Shown piece by piece: positions 36,401-50,500 of a stretch of 64,000 nucleotides of DNA. Numbering within the stretch: the stretch's first letter is position 1; each line of letters opens with the position of its first letter. A model generated the notes under the pieces. The model made no database searches. It was not told the origin of the DNA and worked only from the letters and a program-made list of their open reading frames with translations. Position numbers and translations under genes: made by a program. Source of the stretch: Girardia tigrina (lineage: Eukaryota); NCBI GenBank assembly GCA_001938485.1, contig MQRK01243661.1:1-64000 (forward strand), written 5' to 3'.

Positions 36401-38531
36401 TCAAAGTTCAAAGCATACTCTTTAATAAGTCATAAATGATTTGTGGATCTTTATTTTAAAATTAATTGTTACCGGTGTATAAACTCAAAATTAGGAAAAA
36501 CAAATCGTCATCGCAAAACCCAGATTAGGGAGCCTTCACAATCATGTCGATTGAGTAAGGTTCTTCATCATTAGTTACATTGTAAAAATTGAATCTCTTG
36601 TTTCAAAGGATGAGTTTTCTGTTCTACAGAAGGGCTTTGATTAGCATTACAAGCAGCAATTCTATGAATCAGCATTAATAGGATGCTATAATCAATTTAT
36701 TAAATTTCAAAATCGGCAAAGTAAGACCATCTCAATTCCTAAAATAAATAAAAAGTTTTTGTCATTATTATCCAATAAAATCTTGAAAAATAAATGTTTC
36801 TTTTAATTTTACATTTTAAATTTTCAATATTATCACATTAAAAACAAAAATATTTAAATTGACATTCAAATATTAAAGACATTATTTTCCCATAATAAGT
36901 ATCGAAACTTCAAAATATGTTTAATAATGATTAAATAATAATTAACTAAATTATTTTCGAATTTTCTTTTGCACTTCCCTTTTATATACATTTTTCATTA
37001 AAAGTATTTTTTCTTTAATAAATGGTCTTATAGCCATCAATGATTGCTTCTGGTCAAGACGATTCTACCTATCTCCAAAGTCAGTTCTCAAATTGAAGAA
37101 ATTTACCTTTCAATTATATTTTTTGTTTGTTCTACAAAATCATTTTATTATTTTATAATTTTTTTAAATTTTTATTGTTTACTTGTTTTAAAAAAATAAG
37201 CCTAAATGTTATTTTTATTATTATCAATTTTAATTATTATACTAGAAGTACTACAGAAATGATTAATAGTTTCACGTTAATCCATATTCTCAGCAAATAA
37301 TAAGATCATTAGTAGTTAATATTTTCAAAATGTACTTTTACATTGTTTATGTGGAAATAATTTATCATTTTATCCAACTGATTTATGTTATATATATAAA
37401 TTAATATTTATTTGAATATAAATTTGATAACAATTTATCAAACGAACCATTTATTTTATTAAAGATTAAATAAATAGAATTTCATTTTTTTTTAGAATTT
37501 TTACAAAAATATTCAGTTGTTAATTCTTTATTAAAGACGTTAAATTTTTTAAATAATTACATTAAATGTATAATAAATTACGTTTATTTAATCCTGATAA
37601 ATATATGTATAATGAGAGTTAAGTATAAAGAACGTTAATAGAACGTTATAAAGTTAAGAATAAATAAACAACGTTACATGAAATAAAAAGGACATAAAAT
37701 ATCATATATTGAAAGTTATTTTGTAAATTAAATCGTTTTTAATGTAATATCTGCTTATGACCTTAATTTATGATTTAAGCATTCGGTAAGAGTTACATTA
37801 TGGTTTATATGCTGTGAGAGGATGTCACAGAAGTCATTCCTTCTGGTAATATTCTATTTATTGTTGGATTATCAAAAATATTCTAATCACCTCTAATTCA
37901 ACATAAAATACTTTATCGTTGATATAAAACGCAACTTTTACAATAGAAAATTATTAGAATAACTTTAAATGTATTGATACAAATTTAAGACGATTGTTTT
38001 TTTCTATTGTTCTTACTTCAACATTACTTATAAATTGACATTAAAAATTTGAAATATTTTTTTTACAAAATTGCATTAAGAGAAAAAAATACAAATCTTT
38101 TCACATTTTATACATCTTTTTTTTCTTAAAATTAGTGGTAAATTTTATGTTCATTGTTTACTTTCATAAATTTCCTTGATATAAACAATAAAAGTTTACA
38201 AAAACTTATTAATCAATTACACCTCAAAGATAGAAAAGATAAAAATTACGAATAAAAAATATTTATATTTAATAGATACAATATCGATTTCTTTGTCACA
38301 TTTGAATTCCTTTTTAATCTGTAAAGACCTCTTTAAGACATTTTCAAGTGGAAACTTAATATTTTTTTAATATTTATATTTTGTACACCATTTTTTCCAA
38401 CTATAAAATAATAAGAATTGGTCATGCAATTTTATTCATGATTGTAATATTTTCTAAATTATTTTAACTATCAATTTTTTATTTGGATATGTATAATAAA
38501 GTGTATATATCTATCTATCTATATATATATC

Positions 38532-38582
<51 letters not shown>

Positions 38583-41500
38583 ACATATTTTGGGATTTTA
38601 TGTTAATTTTAAGAGTATTCTGTATATTGCATGCGTATTATAAGAAAAAGAATAAAAGGAAATTAAAAAAAAGAAAATTAGTCATAAATATTACCACCTT
38701 TTGAGGTAGTAAACACCGATAAGAATATTTGCAAAATCTTTGAAAATTATATAAGTTGTAATACTTATGTAAAAACTGGATCAAAACTTTTTTTCTCTTA
38801 ATTTTGTTATGATTCTGAAAAAAATATATAAAATTTGAAAAAAATTATAGAAAAGTTTAAAATAATTTTACAAAGAAAATATTAGAGTTTGGATCAATAT
38901 TTGTATTAACAAAAATCAGCTTAATATTTTATAATATTCTATGATTTCTTTTACTCAACTAATTTAATAAATAAAAAAAACTATGTAAGCAAGCAAAAAA
39001 TAAGTACCAGAGCACAATTAATTCTCGAAAAAGAAATCTTTGAATATTGAAATTAGTTATGGAGCGTTAAAATTAAATTTAATCTTTCCATATTATTTCT
39101 TTCGAAACCTTTGTTAAAAAAGGCTTTGCTCGATCTCCCTATTTTTCTCAAATACAACTTAAAACTACTTTTACCGAAAAATTCTTCAAAGATTTACGTT
39201 ATTTGTGATGTGAATAATGCTTTAAAAAGTCTTTTATGTTAATGATCTAGAGCAAAGTTAAACTAGAATAAATCAGTATCAGAATTTAATTAAAAAGTAT
39301 TAAAGATTCTAACAAATTATGTTTTTCTCTTAACGTTAATTATTAATTAACAATTTTTTAATTGTCAAACAATTGATTTTACTGTAGATATAAAAATATT
39401 GTCTGATTATCCTTTTTTATCATTTTGTATTCATTAAGGCGCTGAAAAAATATTTTTAAAGTATAAACCAAAATAATTTTTTCAAAATATTATAAAGAAG
39501 AAATCTGTGAATTTTATTTTGTAATGCTTAATAGATTTTTGTCACGTTCACGATTTTCAGTTTCATTTATTGCTTTTATTAAACAATTATTAAAATATTT
39601 AATAAGAATTTTATATACTTTTAGGGAGCTTATCCTGCTAGATTGTGTAAAGTCATTATTTTCACTCCTCCTCTGTGGTTTCGGGCAGCGTTTAATTTTT
39701 TACGTTTGTTCGTGAAGGATAAACTCCAAGACCGAGTGTGGATTTTAACCAAGAATGAAGATTTACATTGTCATTTAACAAAAGAAATTTTACCAATTAG
39801 TCTTGGTGGTTGTAAAAATCATAGTCATAAATCTTGGCTTAGAAAAGCCTTTAATTCACTTGGTTATTCGTACGAAATACTCGATCAGAAAATGAATAAC
39901 ATCAGATACAATAATGATTTACTGGTATCTTTCTTTTCAAATGTTTATTATTATTAAATTTTCTTTAATTACTCTAAAATAAGTTTTCAGTATTTTATAT
40001 TTCGGAAAAATATTTAAAACTTTGATGGAAAAAAGTTCTAATTTATATACCTGAATTTATGTGTGAAACATAAACTGTTACCATTGATTCGTTATGAACC
40101 TGTAGAAAAAAAAAGATAGCAGAATTGAATGACATTATGGTTCATTAATAAGGAGTTCATGGCCTCAATAATATTTATTTTATTTAGTTCTGACGATGTT
40201 TATTTTAACATTTATATGAACATCATAAATTAAATTAAAGAATTAATGTTTCTTCTAAATACCGGTTTTTTAGAACATTCTTGTTATTTCTTTTCAATGT
40301 TTTTTTATAATGTCTAAGATACTCAAATGATAAGAAACCAATTATAAAATGTTCTTTTATATTTAAAGCATTTTTGATGAAATAAAATTATTTTTTAATG
40401 TCCTAATCAATTTTGACATTAAGAACATTTAGCTCTTTGAAAAATACCGTAATGGCAATGAATTCAGGTGTACTCGAGTTTCGAAAATTTCAATCTACTC
40501 TTAATTTAGATAACTGTATCGAGACCCCTTCTTCATGCTTCAGTCATTTTGCATTATAAATTTCAGACTTATTTTTAAAAAAAAAACTTACACCACATCA
40601 TTTTTCTATTTACATTGACTTCTATAGCTCAAGCCTTAATACTGAAAAATAAGTACTTAAATAATGTATGACATGTGTATTTATTTATATCATTTAACCA
40701 TAAATTTTATAGAAAAATAAAATTTTTTAAAATCTATTTTATTAAATCTTTAAAATGATAAACAAATATATAATACATACACAATTATTACATATTGTAT
40801 AAAATAAATAATTTTAAGATTCGTACTTTTACTTATAAAAGTCAGTAACAAATAGGCATTCCAGTCTATTTTGCTTTATTATTAAAGGATTATTATCATT
40901 TGAATTTTAAATGAACCAGGAAAATGTTTAAACTTTTTGACAAAAGCATTTACTCATTTAGTATCGCAGATATACAATATATATTGAATTTAATAAAGTT
41001 AAAGTTGAATCTAATATGAATACCCAACAATTTTATATGATATTATATATCACTATGGTTTCAAAAAGGCTCATATCACTGTTAGGTAGTATAATAGGTG
41101 ACTAAAAGTAGATAGTTCCCTGTCGAAGTAAAATATACAAAGGTTTTCGCTCATGTTGCTTGGTAGTTAGTACAAGGAGATTTATGCCTTTGTGGAATAA
41201 AGATTTGAAAAGTGAAATGAATTTCTTTTAACTTTTTTTAGAATTATTAAAACTAATCTTTATTTGAATTTATTAGATTATAAACATAAGTATCGTCTGA
41301 ATCTTTAAGTATCTAAAAACTAATATGTTTATTGAACACCGTTCTACTGAACTTTATGTTCATGGTATTTTACAATTGGTATTTTTAGCTGAATTTTTAC
41401 GTCACTCTAAGTTTATTAAAGTACAAGTAGATTGTAAACATTGTACAATCAGTAAGTTTGAAAGTTAAAAAAAAGATTTATCGAGAGGAGATTTCAAAAA

Positions 41501-44500
41501 GTCAAAAATATTCAATTGAACGGACTTATACTCCCAAATATATCACCAATTTAGGAAAGCATCAATACAAACATTGAAATAATTTTACTAAAAATATATG
41601 ACCTATTAACAACATCATAATTTGAATGCAAACATTTATTGACAACACAAACAGTTTCTTCACAACAATTTTCATTGGTAATCTTTCTTTGATTGATATA
41701 GTTTTTTGTTCCTATATTCAAATCTAAAAAACAATGAATGGGAAAGTTTAATAATAAATTTTAATTTCTCATAATTTTTATTGGATAAAAGTCATTACAT
41801 AATTTTTTAAATAAACATTAATTTTTAAAATATNNNNNATTTAATAAGTTAAAATCATTTACTGAAAATATTATTAAAATTCATAATTATCAAACTTTAA
41901 TTAATTAGTACTTAAAATTAATATCATTAAATTAATTTCATTAGATTCAAATAATCAATAAAATAACATATCAATCCCATCTGAGTAGGAGAGTCACAAA
42001 TCTAAACAGCATACAAACAACAAACTTACAACATTCCAAATTATCCCTCACATGATCAAATGTGTACTAAAATTGTACAAAAATTGTTATTTCCTGACAG
42101 ATAGGTTTTAATTTACGAAAACTATTATATTTTGATAATGCATTTATCTTTGAATATTATTTTAAATTAAAATCTAGTTAATTTCGGTTTTATATAAAAG
42201 ATTTTGTCTCATGATTGAAATCGAAATGTCTGTATTGAAATCCACTTTAAATCAGTACTTAAAATAAAATGATTTTTCTGACAGACAACATACTTAATTA
42301 TAAAGAAATAATTAATTTGAAAACTAATTTTTTTATGGTTGACGAAGAAGTATGAAAAACCGGATACCAAATCTATTTGAGAACGGCTTAACAACCGGCA
42401 TTAGAGAGATTGTAGGAAGCTGCATAATATTATGTATATTTCTGTCCTTTAATCCGTCTTTGATTTTATTCATTTTTAATTATAAAACAAAATTATAAAA
42501 AATTATAATGGATAAAACTTTCATACATATTCGTATATGTAACGCTTTGGTTTCTTATTTACTGGATGATAATCAATGTACAATACAAGGGTACAATATG
42601 AAATAAGTTTTTCTTGTTTAGAAAAGATTCTGAAAAAGGAGATTAAGGAATGAAGTGACAAAAATGTTTATTTTTATTCAAAAAAATTTTTTATTAGTGA
42701 GAATATTATTTGAAACTTGCTTTTCTGTAAACCTTTCATTTTTAATGATTTCATCAGCATTAATTTATTTTCCATATCATTTTGCTTCTTCCATACATTA
42801 GATATTTCGTCCGATATAGTCTTAAATCAAGATCGTTTGAGTTCCTCATTCATCAATTTATTTTCTTGTGTGTTTTTCTATACATATTGGCTACTAAATA
42901 TTCTCGGGTAAAGAATTCACTATAAGATCCCAAAATAACTGCAGACACATTGTTTTCATTCCTTAAAGTTTAAACATGCACCGCTTTGAAAAATATATAT
43001 TTTATATTAGGGTGAACCAAAAGTCTTTTCGTATTTTTTATTAAAAATTTAAACATAATTTTACAACAAATAAAAAACATTTAAGTTTCAAAGTAAAGGC
43101 CATTTGAATCTATAGCTTAAACCCATCTATGGGTAAGTTGTGCGATCCCGCTGCGGTACCAATCCTTGTTCTTAGAAGCGAAGAACTGGTGACACCCGTT
43201 TTCGATCTCGGCCAGATTATTGAAGCTGCGACCACGAAGAAAGTGTACCATAGAGCGGAAAAAGTGATAGTCGGATGGTGCAAGATCCGGACTATACGCT
43301 GGGTGTAGAAGAAGTTAAAAGGTGTCGAGATTTTTGATTTTTCCTTTGTTTATTTGGCGGTGTGCGGTTTTGCATTGTCCTGTTGTAGAAGAACTCGCTT
43401 TCGATTGATCAAAGCGGGGTATTTCTCGCCAAGTGCCGCTTACATTCGATCAAGTTGGGCGCAGTAAAGGTAAGCGTCTATGGTACGACCATTTGGAACC
43501 AGCTCGTAGTGAATTACACCTTCGAAATTCCACCATACACACAAAAGTGCCTTCCTTGAGAAACGATCTCGTTTTGCTACCGGTTTCGTCATTTGCCCGG
43601 GATCCAATCAATGATTTTTTTGGTCAGGATTACTGAAGTAAACCAATTTTTCATCGCAAGTTACAATTCAACGGATGAAACGGTCATCGCATGGATTTTC
43701 AAGCAATTTTTGACAAGTTTCGAAACGCTTTTCGGCTTGAATTTGTGTCAATTCACGAGGCACTTCTCGACATGTCTATTGACCTTGCCAAGAGCGTGAA
43801 GGTGTCGTACAATAAATGTTTGAGGAATATCGAGTTCGGCCGATAATCTGCGAGTACTTATTGACGGATTTGTCTAGATGGCTTCTCGAATTGCTCCGGA
43901 ATCTACAGTGATAATTCGGCCTGAACGTGCATTGTCTCCGAGGTCAATGTCGCCTTCGTTGAACTTTTTGAACCAATTTTGTGCAGTACGATTTGAGACC
44001 ACATTATCGCCTTCAACTTCACATATCTTCTTTGTTACTGCAGTTGCGTTTAAGCCCTGTTTCCAGTAATGGCGTAAAAGAACACGAATTTCAAAATTTT
44101 CCATGATTTTTCTAAAAGACCATAAAAATTATATTAACGACTAATTAGAAGTTTTAATATATATTGTGATAGAGTAGTTCAAGAGCTTTAAAACATATAA
44201 CACATGTATATAAAATATCTTTATTTGGTAATAAGAAACAATTGAACAAAAAGATGTAGAAAATACTTTTGTAGAAAAGAGTTTTAGTTCACCCTAATAT
44301 ATGACAATATGAAATGAAAATAATAAAGGATAAGTAAACACTTGTAAAAGTTATGGATGTGTATAATTGAATAGAAAAAACTATTTGTATAAATTTAAAA
44401 TGAATTTGTAAACCTTTTGCAATTTGGAAATAAGTCATGAAAGTCAAGATTTTCCTCAATTAAATTTAGTAGATCTTTTGGCATGAAGGACGAAATACTT

Positions 44501-47500
44501 GGTCTTAATATCTGAGTTTGCTTCTTCATTTCATAGACACTCTTTGAAGGAACATGGTATCGTGCTTCTGTCCATTTAGCCTACGCAAGTCATTGAATGT
44601 CGCATTTATAATAAAATAGTATCAACATTTTAAGACCAAAATTTGAAATTACTACAATTAATCGAGTATTAAAATAATTAAGCTTTCAATTAAATTATTA
44701 TTAAGTTATAAATCAAATATTTGTCATTTTATGACTGAATCTAAGTATATGAACAGGTAAAACTAAGATTACATTATAAACTTTAAATAGCACAATGCAT
44801 AATCAGTTGATGTCGTTAAAATAGTTATTTGTTCATTTTATTTGTTTATAATAATAAATTAAATTAATTAGGATTTGAATATTTTCGATCTTCGATTTTC
44901 TAAATTTATATTTAATAAATTTAATAACAAAAATTTTTTTTATGAAATATTATTTAAAAAATTATTGAAAATTCAAATAAAAAAAATAATATCTATTTTA
45001 TTAAGGAATCAATAAATATTAAGACGAGGTTTAAGAGAAGTGAAGTTTTTAAATTATTATTAAAACTTATCTCAATCAAACGTTTAATTGAATAATATTA
45101 CATTAATAAAAATATAATGATATTAAATATATAAATCTGAAAAGAAGACATGAAGAAAAATATAAAAAATCGATTTTACAAAATATTAATTTTTATTAAA
45201 AAGAAACATGATTTGAAGTAATCAGTAACAATTAAAATTATATAGATAATTAAATATTTTTTAATGTATAAGTGTCGTGTTTCTCCTATTACAAGCTCTC
45301 TACTGAATTGATAGCCCGGGGTTAAAATTTGGAAAATATCACCAAAACAGCCTTCTTCAAAATAAAAGTCCACAAAAAAATAATGAAAAGTTTCACGCAT
45401 TTCAAATTTGTTTAAATATTAATTTTAAAATACTATTTCTTTTGCTTCAACTGGAAATGTAAGCAATCGCGTCTCTTTCATTCTAGCTACAAGGGGTGAC
45501 GGAACGAAATGCATTCTGTTTGTGATAATGGGGTACATGAAAATGCCTATTGAACTACAACACAGAGTTCTTATTGAAACTAAAAGAGTATGTTTTGATA
45601 AAGCATATTTTTTCCATTGTATTTGAAGATGTTTGAAATTTCAATTAAGTTGTGTAAAATAAAATTTAAAGATTTTATAGCATATTGATATTATTGGATT
45701 GAGGAATAAGTTCCCACCGTTTTTTGAAAAATTAAAATTTTATTTTTTAACAAAAACGTTACTACAAATTAATCACAAATATAATCTCCGCCATTGTTCA
45801 CGACTTCTTCCTAACGTTCAACAAATTTTTCAATGCCTCTTTGGTAGAAATCGCCCGGTCTTGACTCGATGAATTCAGCCAACCAAACTACGCAAACAAT
45901 AGATGGTGTCGGAAATGCTCATTTTTGTCGACTTGACACTCCATTTCAATGGTCTAAAAAAACGACAAAAATTAATCTGAATAAAAAAACAAAATTTTTT
46001 AGAGCAAAACAATAGCTTTCAAATAATATAACATTACATCAAAAAATTTGATTTAAATATTAAATTGATTAAAAATTCAAAAAAACGGCGGGAACTTATT
46101 CCTCAACCTAATATTTAGTATTGAAATTTCATTTTACATTAAAGCTTACTATACAAGTTAAATAATAGTTTCAAAAGAAGGTATTCAACTTCATAAATAT
46201 CCAACTTATAAAATGTTTAATAATGTTTAAGTAAAAACAGAAATAACTGTCATTTAATCATACCTTAAAGAATGTTGTCTAAATACTCGTCTTATTTAAA
46301 GTTTAAGAGTATGAATTTTTATCCCTAGAATCATAGTTGTCAAAAATATAATTCATAATTTTTGTTTAGTGTCTTTAAAATAAAAGCTTAAGATTATACT
46401 TCAATGAAGATTATTAATTTAGTAAGGAGTTTGTCTTATTATTGCTACAGCCTAATTAATAACTCAAACACTTCTCATAATTAATACTCCTTACAGAAAG
46501 TGGGAAAACTCTATTAGTGTTTTAGAAAGATAATTTTATTATATTATATGAATTCTAAATAGAATCTAAACCGAAAAAGATATTTTATTTACAATTAACC
46601 AATTTTTGTTTTGTATTTTTTAAGATACCTAACAACATGGGACTTTTTTTACATACAGCGAAGTTTGTTTTAAATTCCAGTATCGAAAATCAATAAAATT
46701 TTTTCAAAACTTAAAATATAAAAACAAGAGATACCAACAATTTGGAAAGAGAACTTCTTGATGAAAAAAGGATGAGAGTAGGAATATCGAAATAAATTAT
46801 TTGACTAAAGTTTAAATACATTTTCTAAACTTGAAAATAGAATTTTAATTTTCTATTATTTCTTCACAGGGATAAATAATTGTTTAATTCTTGTACGTTG
46901 TAAGTTGGATAAAAGTAAATTTTTGAATAAATTATATAATATTTTCCTTTTTGCAAAGTCATCTATATAATTTATTGGTCAAAGTTTATTGATAATTAAC
47001 CAATACAAATATTTAGGTCATTCATCAAAGTATGCACCCATATTCTCGACACACATTAGTTATTTGAGTGGTAGCTTGTTGATGACATATGAATAACAAT
47101 TTTGTGAACGTGAATTTATAAATTCTACAAATTTAGGAAGAAATTGTAGTTAGTTGGGGACTAGGTCTGGTGAGTATATAGGATGATGCAGAAGATTTAA
47201 CTCAAATTCATATAGTTTTTTTCACGGTCTTGAGTGCAGTATATGCTTTTTCATTGTCGTGGAGAAAAATTAGAGTCGACCTGTTAACAAAATGCAATTG
47301 TTCTCATTGAGTTTTTGCATAATATCTTCCAATCGATTGAAGAAGACATCTGCTGTGATCGACGAATCAGGTTTCATGATGTATTACATCTGCGACAGAC
47401 CACTAAACATTCACCGTCAGTTTCTTTTGATGAATGTTGTTCTTTGGACTGGGTTTTAGTGCTTCATTTGTGTCCACCCAGCTTGCTAAATATTTGTAAT

Positions 47501-50500
47501 TATCATATTGCATCCACTATTTATCACAAGGGATGATTCAATTCAAAAAGTGATCACATTTATAACGAGAAATCACCCAAACGCTTTTGTTTATTAAGCA
47601 ACTTCGTATTATTCATTTTTGCTTTTATTGTGTGATTATAGTTAAAAACTTCAACTGTCAGATTAACAGTTTCCTATTTCTAAACTTAATTTGATAAAAC
47701 ATATCTCAATTCTTATGGACATATTTTCTAAAATACAAGTTTTCATATCTTCAAGTCCACCAGTGGTTTATCAAATCTTTTTCTTTAATATACAGGGTTG
47801 TTATCTAAGTTTTTTTCCGAAAATAACAAAAACTATCACATAAAATGTCCAATCATTCATCATCATCAGCCAAGTATTCAAAATGGCAGCCATTATTATC
47901 AAAGCAACGTTGCCAACGTCCTGGCAACTTATTGATACCATTCTCGAAGAAGGATTCGGCCTTGGTGTTCAACGACTCCTGAAGTTTCTCCTGAACCTCC
48001 TCAGAAGATGCACAGTTCTGACCTTTCAAAGCTCTTTTCATTGGTGAAAATAGATAGTAGCCTGAAGGAGCCAGATCCGGCGAATAGGGGGGATGTGGCA
48101 GGATGTTTAGATGCATTTCAGCAATCATGGCCTGGATGAGATGTACCATATGTGGACATGCGTTGTCCTGAAGATGGTACAGAATACCGTCCGTGGTTTT
48201 CCGTCGCCGTTTTACCAGGATAGCTGTCTTCAGCTTTTCCAGCAAACTGCAGTTGTATGTTTCCGTCATGGTTTTTCCATTTTCTAACACATCCATCAAG
48301 ATCACACCTTTCGAATCCCAGAAGACGCTAGCCAGATGCTTCCTCGTAGTTAACCTCACTTTGGATTCTGTAGTAGGCTCATCGCCACTTCCACACCAAG
48401 ATTTGTGAGCGTATGAGAATGTATTCTCCCAGAATACCCACATCTCATCCACAGTCACTATAAGTTGCAGGAAATTGTTGCTGCGGTACAAAGCAAGCAG
48501 TTTTTTACACACAGACATTCTCTTTTCCTTAGCAGCTTCTGTTAAAACATGTGGAACCCATACGTTGGCGAGGTAACGTTTGTTCATTTTCATGAGATTC
48601 TGATGCACTGCTTTGTGGCTAATTCCAATTTCTTGGCCAATGAATCTCGTTGTGGCAAATTTGTTTTCCTCTAGAATTCGTTCTATATCTGCAGCCACCT
48701 CATAAGAAGGCCGCCCACTGCGAACTTTTTCATTTACCTCGAAGTTACCGTTCTCGAATTTCTTTACCAAGTTGGAACATGTAAGTGACGTAGTTGTTCC
48801 TTCTCCCAGTGTGTTGTTTATCTCTTCTGCAATGTCTATAACTGATAATTTACGCTTCCAACAATATAAAATAAACTTTCTCACGTCTTCTCTATTGAAA
48901 TTCATAGATTAATTTGAAAGATGGCAAAATATTGTAATATCGTATTACTCTAAATAAACAATTTTTAATTTACTGCATTTTTATTATGTAAACTGAAATA
49001 AATATTAATAAACTTTTGATAGTTAAAATGTGTATTAATCATACAATATGCACACCAAATTTGGATTTCTTAGCGGTCATAGATCTCCAGATACAACGAC
49101 AAATACATCGGAAAAAACTTAGTTGACAACCCTGTATTAATTAAAATATTGTTGATGTTACAAAAATTACTAGGTTACGAATTATTGTTTCAAAGTTTGG
49201 GTATTCTGTTGTACGAAAAGGTGTTTATTCACATTACAAATGGTAGACATTATAGCTCATTAATAACTATTTGAATTGGACAAAGTGAGGCCGTCTCAAA
49301 TCTTAAAGTCCTTTTCTTCTATTTCCATTGCTGATGCATTAGACATAGAAATATGTTTCATGACATTTTGAAAAGGTCTTTAAGTAAATTCAAGTTATCA
49401 ATCAAGAAAGATGAATTATCTTAGAAGCGTTGATTTCCCTATCGCAATGAAGATTCCAATTGTAATAATTTGAAATCTTTCAATAACCATGTTTATAATA
49501 AAATGTAAAACCAGTCATAGAAAACATGTACATTTATGTAAACTACTAATGATTAAAAAATATATTAGTATTTAGTTTACAAATAAAAAGTTAAAAGATC
49601 AACAAAAATCGTCAAAGATATTGTTTACTATATGATAATGACACCAAATTGTTTTTTTATCGATTACTTTTCATAATTTAAAATAATCACAATTAGTGTG
49701 TGCGTGTTTTTGAAAAGACCAATTAAATGAATATGTACACAAATACACTCACCAATACACACAAGCACGCACACACATTAACCTATTATTCACTGCGTTG
49801 AAATTTTCTACTTTGATGATTTTCATTGTTTATTAACGTTTATCATTGTTATTAATGATTTTATTGAAAATCTCGTCCGAAATTATCGTTATATCGTTTG
49901 GGTTTTTTTCTGGATAAATTTACTCAGATTTTTGATTATGAAAATATCGTTTTCGAGAAACTTGTTTGAAATATTATTTTGTCTATAAGTAGCGGAATTG
50001 TCACTGACATTTGTTATCACAATCTCAGTCGCATGCACGTGCCACTGAACATCGATACTGTTGTTACATTTTTTTTATTTATTGAAAAGTAATTGAAAAA
50101 TATTCAATATATCTATGAACACAATCACTTATAATCAGGTATTTTATGATTTTATTTGATATTATGTTTTTAAATAAGACTTGTCATTACAATTATTATT
50201 TTAACAATTTATTTTAGTTATTGAGTTTTTTGTAAAATAATATTGTCGACAGTCATTTTGATACGTTTTAAGACGGGTGGCGACGCGATCTGCCAATCGA
50301 AATCTTGATGCTTTTTGCAGACGGTACAGTTCGATACACACATACACACACCTGTTGATTGTGTAATAAAAGAAAAGGATGTATTATTCACACTTCTTCT
50401 TTTATCTTAAATACTAAGGTGTAATTGATCGTACTTCTATCAAAGAGATCTTTATAATCATCTGGTAGCGAGAATGTTGTCTCTCATTATTGATCAATTT

